Positions 1 through 13,539 of a stretch of 60,000 nucleotides of DNA are shown piece after piece; position 1 is the first letter of the stretch; each line of letters starts with the position of its first letter. A model generated the notes under the pieces. The model saw nothing but the letters and a program-made list of their open reading frames with translations, did no database searches and was not told the DNA's origin. The translations under genes were made by a program, and so were the position numbers. The stretch is from Malacoraja senta. Lineage: Eukaryota. Location: positions 27,902,001 to 27,962,000 of the forward strand of contig CM075987.1 of NCBI GenBank assembly GCA_038087875.1, in the 5' to 3' direction.

Positions 1-280
1 AGAGTTATAGAAACAGGCCCTTCAGCCCACCCAGGCTGAACCATGACTGCACTATCCCATCAACTCTGCCAGGTTCATTACATACCGGGGGCTGTTCACA
101 GAGGCAATTCACTGCCCAGCCCGCACATCTGTGGGATGTGGGAGGAAACCGTAGCACCCGGAGGAAACCCACATTATCATAAGGTGAACATATAGACAGC
201 ACCTGAACTGAAGTCAGGATTGAACCTGGGTCTGTGGAGCTGTGAAGCAGCAGCTCTACTAGCTGTACTACTGTGCCACT
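1..280 (-). mobile_element. tRNA-derived V-SINE (HE1-like), degenerate
   Basis: Reverse strand reads GTGGCACAGTAG...CCCAGGTTCAATCC (A/B-box-like head) followed by the GTGGGTTTCCTCCGGGTGC core seen in other copies in the window. Boundaries approximate. Confidence 0.6.
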
Positions 281-289
281 CCAAAGCTG

Positions 290-1070
290 CAGCACTGTTG
301 GCCCTTGTTGCAGGATACTGGAGTACTGGAATCAAAACATCTTGCTGGAGATATACAGGGCTCTGGTGGGATACCGTGAGCCTGACCATGGCTCTGCAAC
401 CAGGGGTCTGAAGGAGTGAATGGGATTAGTGATGCAGCAAGATATAGGTCAGTTGGACATCTGGACGGAGAATTTGCAGATGAAGTTTAATCCAAACAAT
501 AATGAAGTGTTGAATTTAGGGGGTCAAATGCAAGAAGAGAGCATCTAATAAATGGCAGGTCACTCAGGAGCATCAATGGACAGGTGGTGCCAGTTTATAG
601 CTCCCTGATAGTGGCAACACAAGTGGACACATTCTTGCCTTCAACCATCGAGTGTGAAAGTTGGCAAGTCATGTTGTAAATGTTTCACACTTTGGGAGTA
701 TTGTCTTCAGTTCTGGTCACCTTGTGGAGGCTCTGGAGCAGGAGCAGAAGATGGTCATCAGGCTGTTTGTTGTCTGAATCGGGATATAACAGCTACAGGC
801 AAATTTGTTGGACACATTTGGATTCTTTTCTCAGACGCTGAGGGGAGACATGATGGATCCATATAAAATGAAGAGAGGCATAGATAGGGTAGACAGTCAG
901 AATCTTTGTTTCTGGGCTGGAAATGTCAAATACTACAGGGCATGGGTTTAAAGTGCAAGAGGGAAAGTTTAAAGGAGAATGGAAAGTTTAATGGGTTAAA
1001 GTTTAAAGACTGTTTTTTTACAGGATGAACAATGTGCCTGGAGCGTGCTGCTGGGACAGGTACAATAGTG
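290..1070 (+). mobile_element. Old CR1-type LINE 3' fragments
   Basis: Degenerate motifs (GGAGTATTGT..CAGTTCTGGTCACC, GATAGGGTAGACAG, AGGGCATGGGTTTAAAGTG) match better-preserved CR1 copies in the window. Confidence 0.55.
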
Positions 1071-2040
1071 AATGAAGATAGACACAAGGAGTAAAGCTGG
1101 AATAACTTCCTACACAGATACAATAGTGATATTCACCGACTGCCAGATGGAACAGGCAAGGAATCGACAGATGTGGCCCTGGTGCACACAGGTGTTCATG
1201 GTTGGTGCAGGCAGGGAATGTTTCACACCGCTTTCCACTTCCAATGTTTATTTAAATCATGTATAATATTCTACAGCTTCCACCTTCCCTCCAGGCAGTG
1301 CAGTCACATCAGGACCGTCCACTTACTGAGGTAACTTTCCTTTGTCACTGACTGGATCATAAACTGAAATTGATATCTGGAGCTGTTTTTTTAATTTGGA
1401 CTGTTTTTTTCGACAGGAACAAGCACCAAGCTTCTCACAGGTCGGGATGGTTGGAACTAGGCGTAGGCATTGGCGTTTGGAGTCAGAGGGAATCATTTGG
1501 AGTGTTGTGTGTAGTTCTGGTCACCACACTGTGGGAAGGATGTGGAGCCACTTCTCCTAATATCCAACACACCATTGCTCTGTGGACCACAGCTTATTGC
1601 AACATGCACTGTGTAGATTTATCATTCTCAGACCCTGATGTTATGTTGTAGTATATTGCGTTTGTAACCCATTTAAAATGTTAATATTGTACACAAGGGA
1701 CAAAATAACATGCTTCCTGCCAGGTATCAGATTGAGAGAGATATAAAGAGAGCGTATGGTTGACAGAAACCATTGATAATCAACCCCTGAACTGATCTGA
1801 AATGCTTTGTGTATTATTATCGTGGGCTGCAGATGGCCTGATAGTACCTCAATAACTAGTGATGGATCTCAACAACCCACCCAACAAGAAATGCCATTGT
1901 TTGGGATGGCCACTGCAAACCGCAGCCACTCTATGATCGGTTCTCAAAAACTATCTGCAGCATTTATTCAATCAACGACTGGTGTAGATTGTTGCAATTT
2001 GTGGACGGCAGCAGATGTGAGATCACCACGAATCATTGTG

Positions 2041-2281
2041 AGATTCTTGACTGAATGCACAGGGAGGTGCATCCGTGGGCCACGCTGGGTCAGGGGAGAC
2101 AGATTCTTGACTGAATGCACAGGGAGGTGCATCCGTGGGCCACGCTGGGTCAGGGGAGACAGATTCTTGACTGAATGCACAGGGAGGTGCATCCGTGGGC
2201 CACGCTGGGTCAGGGGAGACAGATTCTTGACTGAATGCACAGGGAGGTGCATCCGTGGGCCACGCTGGGTCAGGGGAGACA
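2041..2281. repeat. Perfect tandem repeat, 4 x 60 bp
   Basis: AGATTCTTGACTGAATGCACAGGGAGGTGCATCCGTGGGCCACGCTGGGTCAGGGGAGAC occurs four times without a mismatch. Confidence 0.98.
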
Positions 2282-5079
2282 AAGGGCAGCAGTGAGAGGA
2301 ATCGACACCAACACCTCACGTAACGCTTCAAACCCGCCCAGCCAGGAAACAGTGCAGGGAGGAGGGCAGTGAGCTCAGGCGGAGGGGAACAATGGGAGAA
2401 CTGCACCGTCAATGGGGGTGAGGTGGATGGGTGGCTGAGAGCCCTCTGTGACAGGAAGCAGATATGACTGGGTCAAGCATTGGGGCAATGATGCATTTGT
2501 GATTTAAGGCAACCACTCTTATAGTAATGAGTAGGAAGGAACTGCAGATCCTGGTTTAAACCGAAGATAGACACAGAGTGCTGGAGTAACTCAGTGGGTC
2601 AGGCAGCAACTCTGGAGAACATGGATAGGTGACATTTTGGTTTCGAACCCTGCTTCAGACTGGCAACAAAAGGCAATACATTTTGATTTCTTGGGGAAAC
2701 TCTCCCATCTGATCTTCTGTGTAAAGGTGATTATATATATATGATGAACGCCTTTGTGTATCAACCAGCATTGCCCAATAATCTAGGAATTGTCAGCTGT
2801 AATTGCTGTCTCGGCAGCCCAGCGGCACAGTGGAGTACTGGTTAACACAACAATGTTGGCAATGGTCACCACGGCTTTCTGTCCTGATAGCCCACTTGTT
2901 CTGGCAGTAATGGACCTTGGCCCTTGGCTGATGGTGGGAATTGCAAACACTGCACCTGGGATAGTGAACGCTGCTCTCAATCACAGTCATAGAGATATAC
3001 AGCACAGAAACAGTCCCTTCAGCCCACCCTGCCCATGCCGACCAACACACCCCATCTACTCTAGTCCCACTTGCCTGCATTCAGTCCATATCCCTCTAAA
3101 CTTTTCCTTTCAATGTACCAGTCCAACTGTGTTGATAACAATTTTTTTTGCAGGCAAGTTTTTTGCTCAGAAAGTGGAAGAGACTATCGCAACGTTTAAG
3201 AAACATTTGGACAGGTACATGGATAGGACTGGTTTACAGGGATATGCAGGTTATTGGGACTGGTGTAGATGGAGTATGTTGGTCAGTGCGGGCAAGTTGG
3301 GCTGAAGGGCCTGTTTCCACACTGTGTGACTCTGGCTCTGTGCATTGTAAGGAAACACAACTTCAGTTGTATCACTGTGAAAATACCCATGCTGTCTGTC
3401 CTTACAGCTTATCAGTCTTTTTCAGGAAATGTGTTCAATAGACTGTAGCCCAAAGCACAGGCGATGGTGTTTACCCCTGGGGCTGGGAAGCTGGCAGACC
3501 CACAGCGGTAACTTCCAGCACACCAGGGTTTATGCGTGTGTGCAGAGGCGTGTGTGCTGGCAGCAAGGGCCAAAGCCAACAATTGATGGCAGCTTCTATG
3601 CTCTGTGCTTTCCTTACGACCCACCCCTACTCCCCATGCCCTGGGAATGTTTATCTTTGTACAACTGTTATCATTTGCTTCTGAAACTGGAGACTGGGGG
3701 AGGGGAGAGGGGCGGGAGAGAATGCAAGACCTTTCTTTTGCACTTGCAAGGCAGTGTGATGGTGAAGCACTCTGTGCAGTGAACTGTTCAGACGGGGCCT
3801 GGAGGAGAGGGAGCAGGTTCAATAATCACTCACACAACCGCACTGGAGAAACAGCTAAAGCTGGAACCTATGTAGGAGTTGATGGACATGGAGAGGGAGC
3901 CGATTGTCGGATGGGCTCAGTGATGCCCTCTCATTCCAGCGAACCCATGCCCAGGACCTATGAGGGAACGTGTAGAGTGACCAGTGGACATCAGGAGCAG
4001 GCAAGGCCGTTCACAACATGAATCATTTGCTTATATTCGGTAAGATCTTTGCTACTTGTTACTGTGAACGCCATCCTACCTGCCCTGTTTTCTGAATCTT
4101 TCAAATGTTACATTCATTTTCTCCAGAGATGCTGCCTGACCCGCTGAGTTACTCCAGCATTTTGTATCAACGTGAGAGGAATGTACCATTGGTTTCATTG
4201 CATGTGGAAGCTAGCTCCAGAGTTTCCTGGGTTGGCTGGTTTACACGTTGAGCCTGGTCACACCTGCAAGATGATGCTGCCTCTGGAGTACTGTGCTGAG
4301 GATTCCTGTCTCACCTGTCATGCTGTTTATTGCATTTTGTCATCGTCTTTGAGCTTAACAGCGCGTATCTGACAAACAATCATTCTAACATTAGCGCTAT
4401 GGTCATGGAAACGCCAACACAAACACAGGCCCGGCTGCCACTCGATCAGTGTTTATTAACTAGGGAGCTTTACCTAGGGCGAGCGAGAGGGAGAGGCACA
4501 GTCATAGAGTGATACAGCATGGAAACAAGCCCATCAGCCCAACATGTCCCATCTACACTAGTCCCACCTGCTTGCGCTTGGCCCATATCCTTCTAAACCT
4601 GTCATATCCATGCACCTGTCTTAAATGTTGCGATTGTCTCTTCCTTAACTACCTCTTCTGGCAGCTCGTTCCATACACCCGCAACCTTTTGTGTGAAAAA
4701 GTTACCCCTCGGGATCTTACCCCCCTCACCTTAAACCTATGACCTCTGGTTCTCGATTCCCTACTCTGGGCAAGTGTGCGTTTACCCAATCTATTCCTCT
4801 CAGGATTTTGTACACCTGTATAAGACCATCCCACATTTTCCTGCACTTCAAGGAATAGCCTGAAGAAGGGTCTCGACCCGAACCATCACCCATTCCTTCT
4901 AACCAGAGATGCTGCCTGTTCCGCTGAGTTACTCCAGCAGTTTGTGTCTATCTTCGGTGTAAACTAACATCTGCAGTTCCTTCCTACAGAAGGAATAGAG
5001 TCCTTGCCTGCTCAACCTCTCCCTATAGTCTCTTATACTTTATTTCTTAGAGAGTTGGTCAGTGTGGACAACAGCAAAC

Positions 5080-5690
5080 ACAATGCTTCAAGAGGGCTAG
5101 AATACAAAAATGGATTTAATGCTGAGGCTCTATAAGGCGCTGGTCAAGCTGCATTTGGAATATTGTGAGCAATTTTCGGCACCAATCTGAGGAAGGATGT
5201 GCTGGCTCAGGAGAGGGTCCAGAGGAGGTTTGCAAGAATGATCCCAGGACTGACTGTGGGTTAACTTATGATGAGCGTTTGATGGCACTGGGCCTGTACT
5301 CGCTGGAGTTTAGATGAATGAGGGGGGACCTCATTGAAACGTACCAAATAGTGAAAGGCTTAGATAGAGTCGATGCGGAGAGGATGTTTCCACTAGTGGA
5401 AGAGTCTAGGACTAGAGGTCATAGCCTCAGAATTAAAGGACGTTCATTTAGGAAGTAAATTAGGAGGAATTTCTTTAGTCAGAGGGTGGTGAATCTGTGG
5501 AATTCATTGCCACAGAAGGCTGTGGAGGCCAAGTCAATCAATATTTCAAAGGTGGAGCTTGATAGGTTCTTGATTAGTATGGGTGATGGGGAGAATGCAG
5601 GAGAATGGGGTTAAGAGGGAGAGATAGATCAGCCATGATTGAATGGCGCAGTAGACTTGATGGGCCGAATGGTCTAATTGTGCTGCTAGA
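5080..5690 (+). mobile_element. CR1/HER1-type LINE 3' end
   Basis: Degenerate ORF2 C-terminus (HLEYC..FS, LERVQRRF, GLYSLEFR, RTRGHSL) plus the 3' tail GATCAGCCATGATTGAATGGCG...GGGCCGAATGG. Confidence 0.85.
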
Positions 5691-6220
5691 ATGTGTGAAC
5701 TTGTGAGGGTTGCCGGGAAGCCCCCTCACTGGACCCCACATCTACACCATCACCCTGACTCCAGGCGTGGGGCATGAGTAGAGGCAATGGCATGAACGAG
5801 ACGGTGACTCAGCCATGCAAGGTGTAAGTACACCTATCAACGCTATCTACACCCAGTGACCATACTTTGTTTGATGTGGGAATGGAGAGAAATGAATACT
5901 CTTTACATTGGGGGTGAGGCAGACACCAGAATAGTTTCCTCTTGATTGTGTTTGGTGATGTAGAGATAAAAAGGGTGGAAACTGTTAGTTCACAGCTGTC
6001 CAAACATGTTAAAAATAGTTACAATTGCGAGGGAACTTCTACCTGCAGTTTGTGCAAGCTCAGCGTCTGGGCAGAGCTTCCTGTGGCTTTGTGGTCAGGT
6101 GGGAGTCCGGGTTAGAGGAGAGAAGAGACCTTACTGGTAGTGAACTTAGAACAGATTAGAGACAGGGTGTTAAAAGGTACATTGCATTTCTCTCTCTTCA
6201 TAGACTAATCCATTCCAAAG

Positions 6221-6420
6221 NNNNNNNNNNNNNNNNNNNNNNNNNNNNNNNNNNNNNNNNNNNNNNNNNNNNNNNNNNNNNNNNNNNNNNNNNNNNNNNN
6301 NNNNNNNNNNNNNNNNNNNNNNNNNNNNNNNNNNNNNNNNNNNNNNNNNNNNNNNNNNNNNNNNNNNNNNNNNNNNNNNNNNNNNNNNNNNNNNNNNNNN
6401 NNNNNNNNNNNNNNNNNNNN
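6221..6420. other. Assembly gap (200 N)
   Basis: Run of N. True length unknown. Confidence 1.
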
Positions 6421-7024
6421 TTAACTGGAAAAGAAAGAAAAAAAATCTGAGGAAGTAACTGTAAGTGAATGGCTGAGTAAATTAAAACCTTTAAATAAAT
6501 AGTTTTTTTTGTCATATTTCTAACTCTCTCTTTCTCTCTATCTATCTCTTTCTTCCTATTTCAAACCTTGCTCATGATGTTAAGGCATTTTTTTATTTTG
6601 CAGATACTGAATAGTTCCTGTATTCTGTCCTTGAATACTATTCCTTAATAATGTTATTAATTGTACATTAAAATAGAAAGTGCAGGAGTTACTGCGCCAA
6701 GCTTAAGTGTGTAATAATACCTGCCTAGGAAATGGAATAACATGTGCTGTCTGGACAGTATTACAGTGATACTGTATACAGCCTGATTGTTAAAAAGTAC
6801 TCACTTGAGATATGGTATAGTAACTATCCTGGACAGGTCTCATAGTTCTTGTACAATGGCAAACTCGTATCTCTCTATGTGCTATTGACCGTCTTATCTT
6901 TGTTCTTTTGAAGTTCAGGGTGAATGTTAGTGATGCTGAGGACATAGGTTTAAAATCTGACTTGTATTCTGCTCAGAATTCTGTGAATCACTCGTTTATT
7001 GATCCGACAGATCTGTGAGTGAAG

Positions 7025-7117
7025 ATGATTGTGAACGCTGACCAGAGCAGTGTGCCGAAAGATCCCCCCTACAGTCTAGAGCCACTTTCAACAGACATGG
7101 TTACAGACTCTCAAAAG
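7025..7117 (+). CDS. Candidate first coding exon of TPR-CHAT gene (MIVNADQSSVPKDPPYSLEPLSTDMVTDSQK)
   Basis: ATG in AAGATGA context with an in-frame stop just upstream. 31 open codons end at AAG|GTATAT, phase 0, compatible with the exon at 13154. No recognisable domain. Confidence 0.45.
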
Positions 7118-8774
7118 GTATATATTCATATATTATTCCTTCAATAACATGGCTGAACAGTATTTTTCCTTAGTGTCATGTGTTTGATAAAATCAGGCAT
7201 GGACATTAAAAGGGATAATTAGTCGAGATAATAAGGATAAAGAGCCTTGGTAAATAGTGTGTGGTTACACTCTTGTGTCCGGCATGAATGACCTGGTATT
7301 AGAGCCATAAAGTGACCCAGTTTCATGTTACAATCAGTTGGTGAGTCTAGCTGAAGCATTTTAGCATCACAGAAGTAAGTTTTCAAACTACTGAGTGTGC
7401 ACTGCCATCAAGCATTCTCTTTGCACTAATCTCACCCAAATCCTTGCTTATTCTCCCCACATTCCCATCAATCTCACCCCTCCCCCCCCCAGCAGGACAC
7501 TGGGCGAAACCCACACGCTCACAGTGTGAATATGCAAATAAACCCATATCCCTCCAATCCCTGCATATTCATCTGCCTATCCAAAAGTCTTTTAAATGCC
7601 ACTAATGTATCTGCTTCAACCATTGCCTCCAGCATCGCCTTCCAGCCATTCAACATCCTCTGTGTAAAAACGCACCCTTCTCACCTTAAAGCTATGTCTT
7701 CTAATATTTGATTTTTCCATCGTGGGAACATTTCATATCATTTTATATACTTATATCAGGCTTCTCTGCAACCTCCGGTGTTCCAGTTTAAACAGTTCCA
7801 GTAGTAAATCAATTAAAAATAATGTCAATGGATGTTTGTTTATTCATTTTTGCTAACTGGGAGCCTGGGGTCTGTGATTTATTGGATTCTGTTTTTGAAA
7901 AACATTAAAGACTCTGACAAAAGTGTTATAACTTTTTGCCTGACAAGTGGATTAAAGATTAATTCAGTGAGAAGTTAACAGTCATTGGAAGTCAATGGAC
8001 TAGAGGTTTGAATCCAGTGGTGTTTCACATCACTTTGGTACCAGGCCTTTTGCCTTTTACGGTGTAAATAACTTATTGCATTCAAATGTCTGGTCGATGA
8101 TGTTTCTGAAATTGGCAATGTGGTCGAAAGTGAGGTACAGATCAGTGGACAATCACTTGGAAGAAGTGTGGTGTACAAGGCTGCAGGCCAAGAAATGGGA
8201 AGTTGGGATTTCCTGGTTGATCTGGAAACAATGGGCTGAATGGCACACTTCTGAGTTGAAAGTTACTATTTTTCCAAATATGCAGCAGTTTAAGGTTAGG
8301 AATCAATGTAGCTTTCGGAATGTCCTGTATCCCTGCACAAACATGATAGCCCCCAGAGATTAAATGATTTTTATGACAATGCAGGTGCAGTATCGCTGGA
8401 TCAGCAATAGCCAGAAAAAGCAGGTCAATTAACATGAAAAGACACCAAGTGCTGGAGTAACTCAACAGATAAGTCAGCATCTCTGGAGAACATTTCGGGT
8501 CAGGATTCTTCTTCAGAAAAGTGTCATTAACATTGTACTTTTAAAATCAGTTGCCTAGACATTCATTTTCTGTCATTAGCACTAAACACTCTTTGAGATG
8601 GTGATTGTGTGTTCTAAGAAAAATCTGAAACAGAGCAGAACATACACCTTGGACTGGACATGAATTTCACAATGAATCTTTCTGCAAGGTCCATGATTCT
8701 TTCTGCGTCTGAGTTCTACTGACTTTGCTGATGCCAGCAACTGGCAGGCATGCACCTGGCTGGCACCAACACAG

Positions 8775-9811
8775 TAGCAATGTTACAAAATTTTGAGATT
8801 TAAAAAATAAAGTCTGCAATTTATCCCATCAGATAAAGCATAAAAAGAAGTTTAATTTGACACTTAATTCACTTTCATATCTTCAGTATTAAAAAAGTTA
8901 TGGCCATTATCATACTCAGAAATTAGCATCTAGTTCCCTATTGCTTTTCCATTGACTTAACACAAAAGCTGTGATCGAGGACAGTTAAAAGCCCATAACT
9001 TTCTTAAAAATTATAACTGAAAGAAATTTTCAGTTATTATAGATTGAAGCATTCTGAAACAAATATGAAACAATCTTACTTCGAAGACATGAAAGTAAAG
9101 CATATAATTAGTTAGTTACCTAATTGTAGCTAATTACAAAATTCAATTACTAGATCTAAACATCTATCAATTTCTTAAGAATAGATTAACATTTTTAAAT
9201 AGCCTAAGTGTCCAAATAACATTCACACAATAATTCACAATATAACATAATTTTTAAATCTAATTGTCATGAATTTACAGGCCAAATGGAAGGAATTGAA
9301 TGTTTAATACCTGTAAATTAATGGGCATTTAAATCATCTTGTGAGTGAGGATTTCTGGAACGCGATCATTTGGAACGTTGATTTGCGGTGAATTTAACCC
9401 CGTATTGGCATGAAAAATACTGCCGTTAATTCGGGGAATAAAATCACCGTGTCGCATGATAAAAGTGAATTAAAGGCTTCTTAAGAAGCACTTTTATACA
9501 TTTAAAGAAACCACTTTCGTTTACCTGTCCCGTGTGTGAAATCCGTCCCCGTTATCGGCGTTGACGCTTCAGGAGCTGCTTTTAAAACTACTCCAGCGCT
9601 GACATTGACGATTTAATAAAAATAAAAAATACACAAACCGCCACTAGGAACGATTTGTCAGCCAAGGCTTGTACTCCAACAAAATATTTACCAGGACAAG
9701 GGAGGAGAAACCCGCGTTTTAACCCCGCCCCCCCTTAAAGGCGCCAAAATCGCGCACACGGTCAGTGGCAGAATTACAGCGCGGCTGAAGGTAAGTTTTG
9801 TAACATACCTA
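8775..9811. mobile_element. Non-autonomous TIR DNA transposon with 7-bp TSD
   Basis: Termini TAGCAATGTTACAAAA and TTTTGTAACATACCTA (16-bp TIR, 2 mismatches), flanked by AACACAG at 8768-8774 and 9812-9818. Confidence 0.8.
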
Positions 9812-11659
9812 AACACAGCTCTAGGCTTGAGGGGGAGTCACCAGTTTGCCAATCCCTTCCCTCCTATGTCTGCAGCTTCCTTGAACTTTCTCCAGTTTTG
9901 ATTAAATACATTTCTCTCCGCAGATGCTACCCAATTTCGAGTATTGCGACATTTCCTATTTTTGTTTCATATTTCTAGCATACAATTATTTTGTCAATGT
10001 TTTGGATGAAGACCCTGCAACAGAATCATGTGATACAGTATACCAGCTCTCTTCCCTCTCCACTCTGTGTCCTGATGCAGGGTCACAATCTAAAATGGCA
10101 ACAATTTTTTTCCCTCCTCAGATGCTGATCGACGTGCTGAGTTCCTCCAGTAGTTTAATATTTTGCTGCAGATTCTAGCCTCTGCAGCCTTTTGTGTCTC
10201 CAATTCCCTTGCTTTTGTATCATTAAAATAAGTTATCTAATTATATTCCTCTTGCTCTTTCTGGCATTGATTGTGGAAATGTTGGCCTTTTAGTTTCCGG
10301 CTTTACAATAATGATTACATTACTAACGTTTCTCAGTGGCTAGAAAGCACTTTGGCATGCCTTGAGCTGGTGAAAGTTGTTATTTCAATGGAAATATTTG
10401 TCTTTCTGATAGTATCAGTCTAAGTGCTGAATCTGTTTTTGTTTGGCCATAATATATCAGGTTGCATGATAAACTCTGTTAGGTTAGATTGTTTGGATTG
10501 CAGACAGTGGGAAAAATTGGCTCTCATTGCATCCTTTTAATGTAAAAAGAATGTCGGGAATGTGAATTTTAAATCACATCTCTCTCAGAAGTAAGCTAGC
10601 TCCCACATAAGAATCCAACATTTCTATCCATAAAGGCTCCATACCTGAAACAAGCATGAAGACCACACAATGATCACAGCAGGGCCGTGGGTCTCACTCG
10701 CTTGCCTTTTCTCTATGGCCTTAGACCTTCTTTCATTTGTGATCATTGCCCAGTGCCTTTTGAATGCTACTCTATGCATCGGCCTTCATTACTCCCCTGG
10801 GACGTGCATTCCACATGCTAACCATTGCTATGTGAAAGTAAATGTCCTTGTGAGACTTTTGATTATTTTGCAAAACTGTGTTCTCCATGCTCTGTGTTCT
10901 CTGGTTCTTGATCCCTCTACTCACTATCTACCTACCTGTTACCTTCATGGTTCTGAATACCTCCATCAGTCCGCTCACAGTTTTCTTTCCAGTTTATCCA
11001 CTTAACGGTGCTCCTGCATCCTGTGAATAATTTTGGTAAGTCACTTCTGCACCCTCTCCAAAGCTTTTACATCCCCCCCCCCCCCCCACCCCAAAAAAAA
11101 CATTGCACCCACAATTGGACACAGTACGTAGGTTGTGGTTTTGAACCTGTGTTTTATATTGTGTCTTCTTTGCTCTCCTTTATTTAAAGAGACTTCCTCA
11201 ATAAATAAAGCCCAGGAATCCACTTGCTTTTAAACTACTTTCTTAATCTGCTGGGCTCTGTTAATGCCAATAAGCTCTGCACAGATATCCCCAAATCTCT
11301 CCGTTCTTTTACCCCTTTTAGAATTAAGTTGTTTAGTTTAAAGATGTGCAGAACAGATTTTAACACAGAGGGTGGCGAGTGCCTTGAAATGTGCTGCCAG
11401 GGTTGGTGGTTGAGGCAGTTATAATAGTGGCATCTAAGAGATGTTTGGATGTGCAGGGAATGGATGGATATGGATTATAGGAGTTGGTCTTGGCAACATG
11501 TTCAGTACAGACATAGCGAGCTGAATGGCATGCTCTTGTGCTATACTGTTCATTGTTCATTGCACCTTCAAGTTTGTCTCATAGGTAAATTTGGAAAAAA
11601 CTGCCCTGTACACCCAGGCTGATGTAATAGATTTCAAGAAAAACATTTGTTAGCTTAGC

Positions 11660-11947
11660 CTTAGCTTAAAGATATAGTGCGGAAACGGGCCTTTCGGCCT
11701 ACCGGGTCCACGCCGGCCAGCGATCACCCTGTACACTAACACTATCTTACGCACACTAAGAACAATTTACAATTATACCAAGCCAATTAGCCTACAAACC
11801 TGTACATCTTTGGAGTGTGGGAGGAAACTGGAGAAAACCTACGCGGGGAGAAGGTACAAACTCTGTACAGACAGCATCGGTGGCCAGGACCGAACCCGGG
11901 TCTCTGGTGCTGTAAGGCTGCAACTCTACCGCTGTGCCACCATGACG
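11660..11947 (-). mobile_element. tRNA-derived V-SINE (HE1-like)
   Basis: Reverse strand: GGTGGCACAGCGGTAGAG (A box), CCGGGTTCGGTCC (B box), central GAGTTTGTACCTTCTCCCCG, and a CR1-like tail GGCCGAAAGGCCCGTTTCC. Confidence 0.8.
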
Positions 11948-13153
11948 CCCCTTTTCTAATCAATCCACACTTGTTCTTTTACTGAACTGGGGAATTCCAG
12001 TGTATACTTTCGAAAAACAATCTTTCACTTCTACTGTGTATGTTTCCTGTTACCCAGACAATTTTCTACCCAGATTGCTGCAGCTCATGGCTTCAGTATT
12101 GATGACAAGCCCATTATGTAGCAACTAATCAAATATTGTTTGGAATCAGTATATAATACATAACGTTTATTTCATTCCAAGGTTCTCTCAGTTTCTTCAT
12201 CAAAACATGCTATCTTGTTTGTTAGACATGATTTGCCTTTAACAAATTCATTCTAATCAATCCACACTTGTCCAACTGACTGATAACTGTTTCATGAACT
12301 GTCCCCACTACCAAGATTAAACTGATTGGTCTGCCATTACTGCATACATCCCTACAGCCTTTGTTGATGGAGACTCCTTCAACACATGCCAAGGCTCATA
12401 AGTTCAAAAGTGGTAAGAGCTGAATTAGGCCATTCAGCCCATCAAGTCTACTCCGCTATTCAATCATGGCTGATCTATCTTTTCCTCTCAATGCCATTCC
12501 CCTGCCTTCTCCCCATAACCCTTGACACTCGTACTAAGGAAGAATCTGTCAATCTCCGCCTTAAAAATATCCATTGACTTGGCCTCCACAGCCATCTGTG
12601 GTAATGAATTCCACAGGTTCACCATCTTCTGACTAAAGAAATTCCTCCTCATCTCCTTCTAAAGTAATGTCCTAAAGGTGCCAGCTCGTTTTTTACAGTC
12701 CACTGTATTTATCATTATCTCAGCAGAAATTTCACCCCATCAGTTTCAATTAGATCTGCTGCATCCTAATCAGTGATTTGGCCTGCAGACAATGAAATCA
12801 CTTATTTCAACTTTGTTCCTGGGGTGTATTTTGTTACTTCCACAGAAATAGTGAGACGCTGCCAGCCCATGCCTGAGCTTGATAGTGTGTGCATAGTTTA
12901 TGCTTTGGACCTGATATTTGGATTGTGTTGTCAAATTTTGCAGTATATTCTGGCTTGAACAATGCAGTTTTATAAACTATAAACCTCCTTTCCTGACCAA
13001 TCCAGTTTTATTATTGTATACACTCGGTGTAAAAGCCAGTGCCCTTCAGCAGGAGGTGAAGGTTGATTGCAAACAGTTGGTCCTCCTGCCTTTGGCCAGA
13101 GTTTATACAAGGGTTCTGCTGACTACCTGGTGTTAACCATGTGTCTCTTGCAG

Positions 13154-13363
13154 GTTGCTTGCCTACAGGTGCAGGGGGATGAAGCATTGAAGAAGAGGAA
13201 TTACCAGGAGGCGGTGCACAGCTATTCCCAGGGTCTCATGCTGGATCCAAAGAATTGTGAGCTACTTTCCTGCCGGGCAGTGGCATTTATCCAGATGAAA
13301 CAGTATGAGGATGCCAGACTGGATGGAGAAGCCCTGATCCAAACCCAGCCTGAGTTTCCACAG
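13154..13363 (+). CDS. TPR-CHAT gene exon 2 (N-terminal TPR motifs)
   Basis: TTGCAG|GTT...CAG|GTAAAA. Encodes VQGDEALKKRNYQEAVHSYSQGLMLDPKN...RAVAFIQMKQYEDA, a classic TPR pattern. Phase 0-0. Confidence 0.88.
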
Positions 13364-13539
13364 GTAAAATCTGTGGGGAAAACCCTCAGGCAGTTTCAAA
13401 ACTGCAGGAGGAAAAAGTCTGCTAAATGTACTGATTGTACAAAAAGAAAAATATTTGATTCTCTCATCATCTTGGATTTAGGGTATCTGTCTATCTGTCC
13501 TTGTTTAACAGTACAAGGATATTGCTGTATTTGGAGCAA

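Noticed and set aside
1807..2412. ORFs of 104-162 aa and a CRISPR-like look of the 60-bp repeat
   Set aside because: The ORFs result from an in-frame tandem repeat. There are no spacers or cas genes, and the context is eukaryotic.
2790..4021. ORFs of 117-171 aa
   Set aside because: Partly CR1/SINE tail sequence, with no recognisable domain and no splice-phase link to the TPR-CHAT gene.
11880..11947. tRNA gene
   Set aside because: The A/B boxes belong to a SINE head that continues into a SINE core and tail. No complete cloverleaf.
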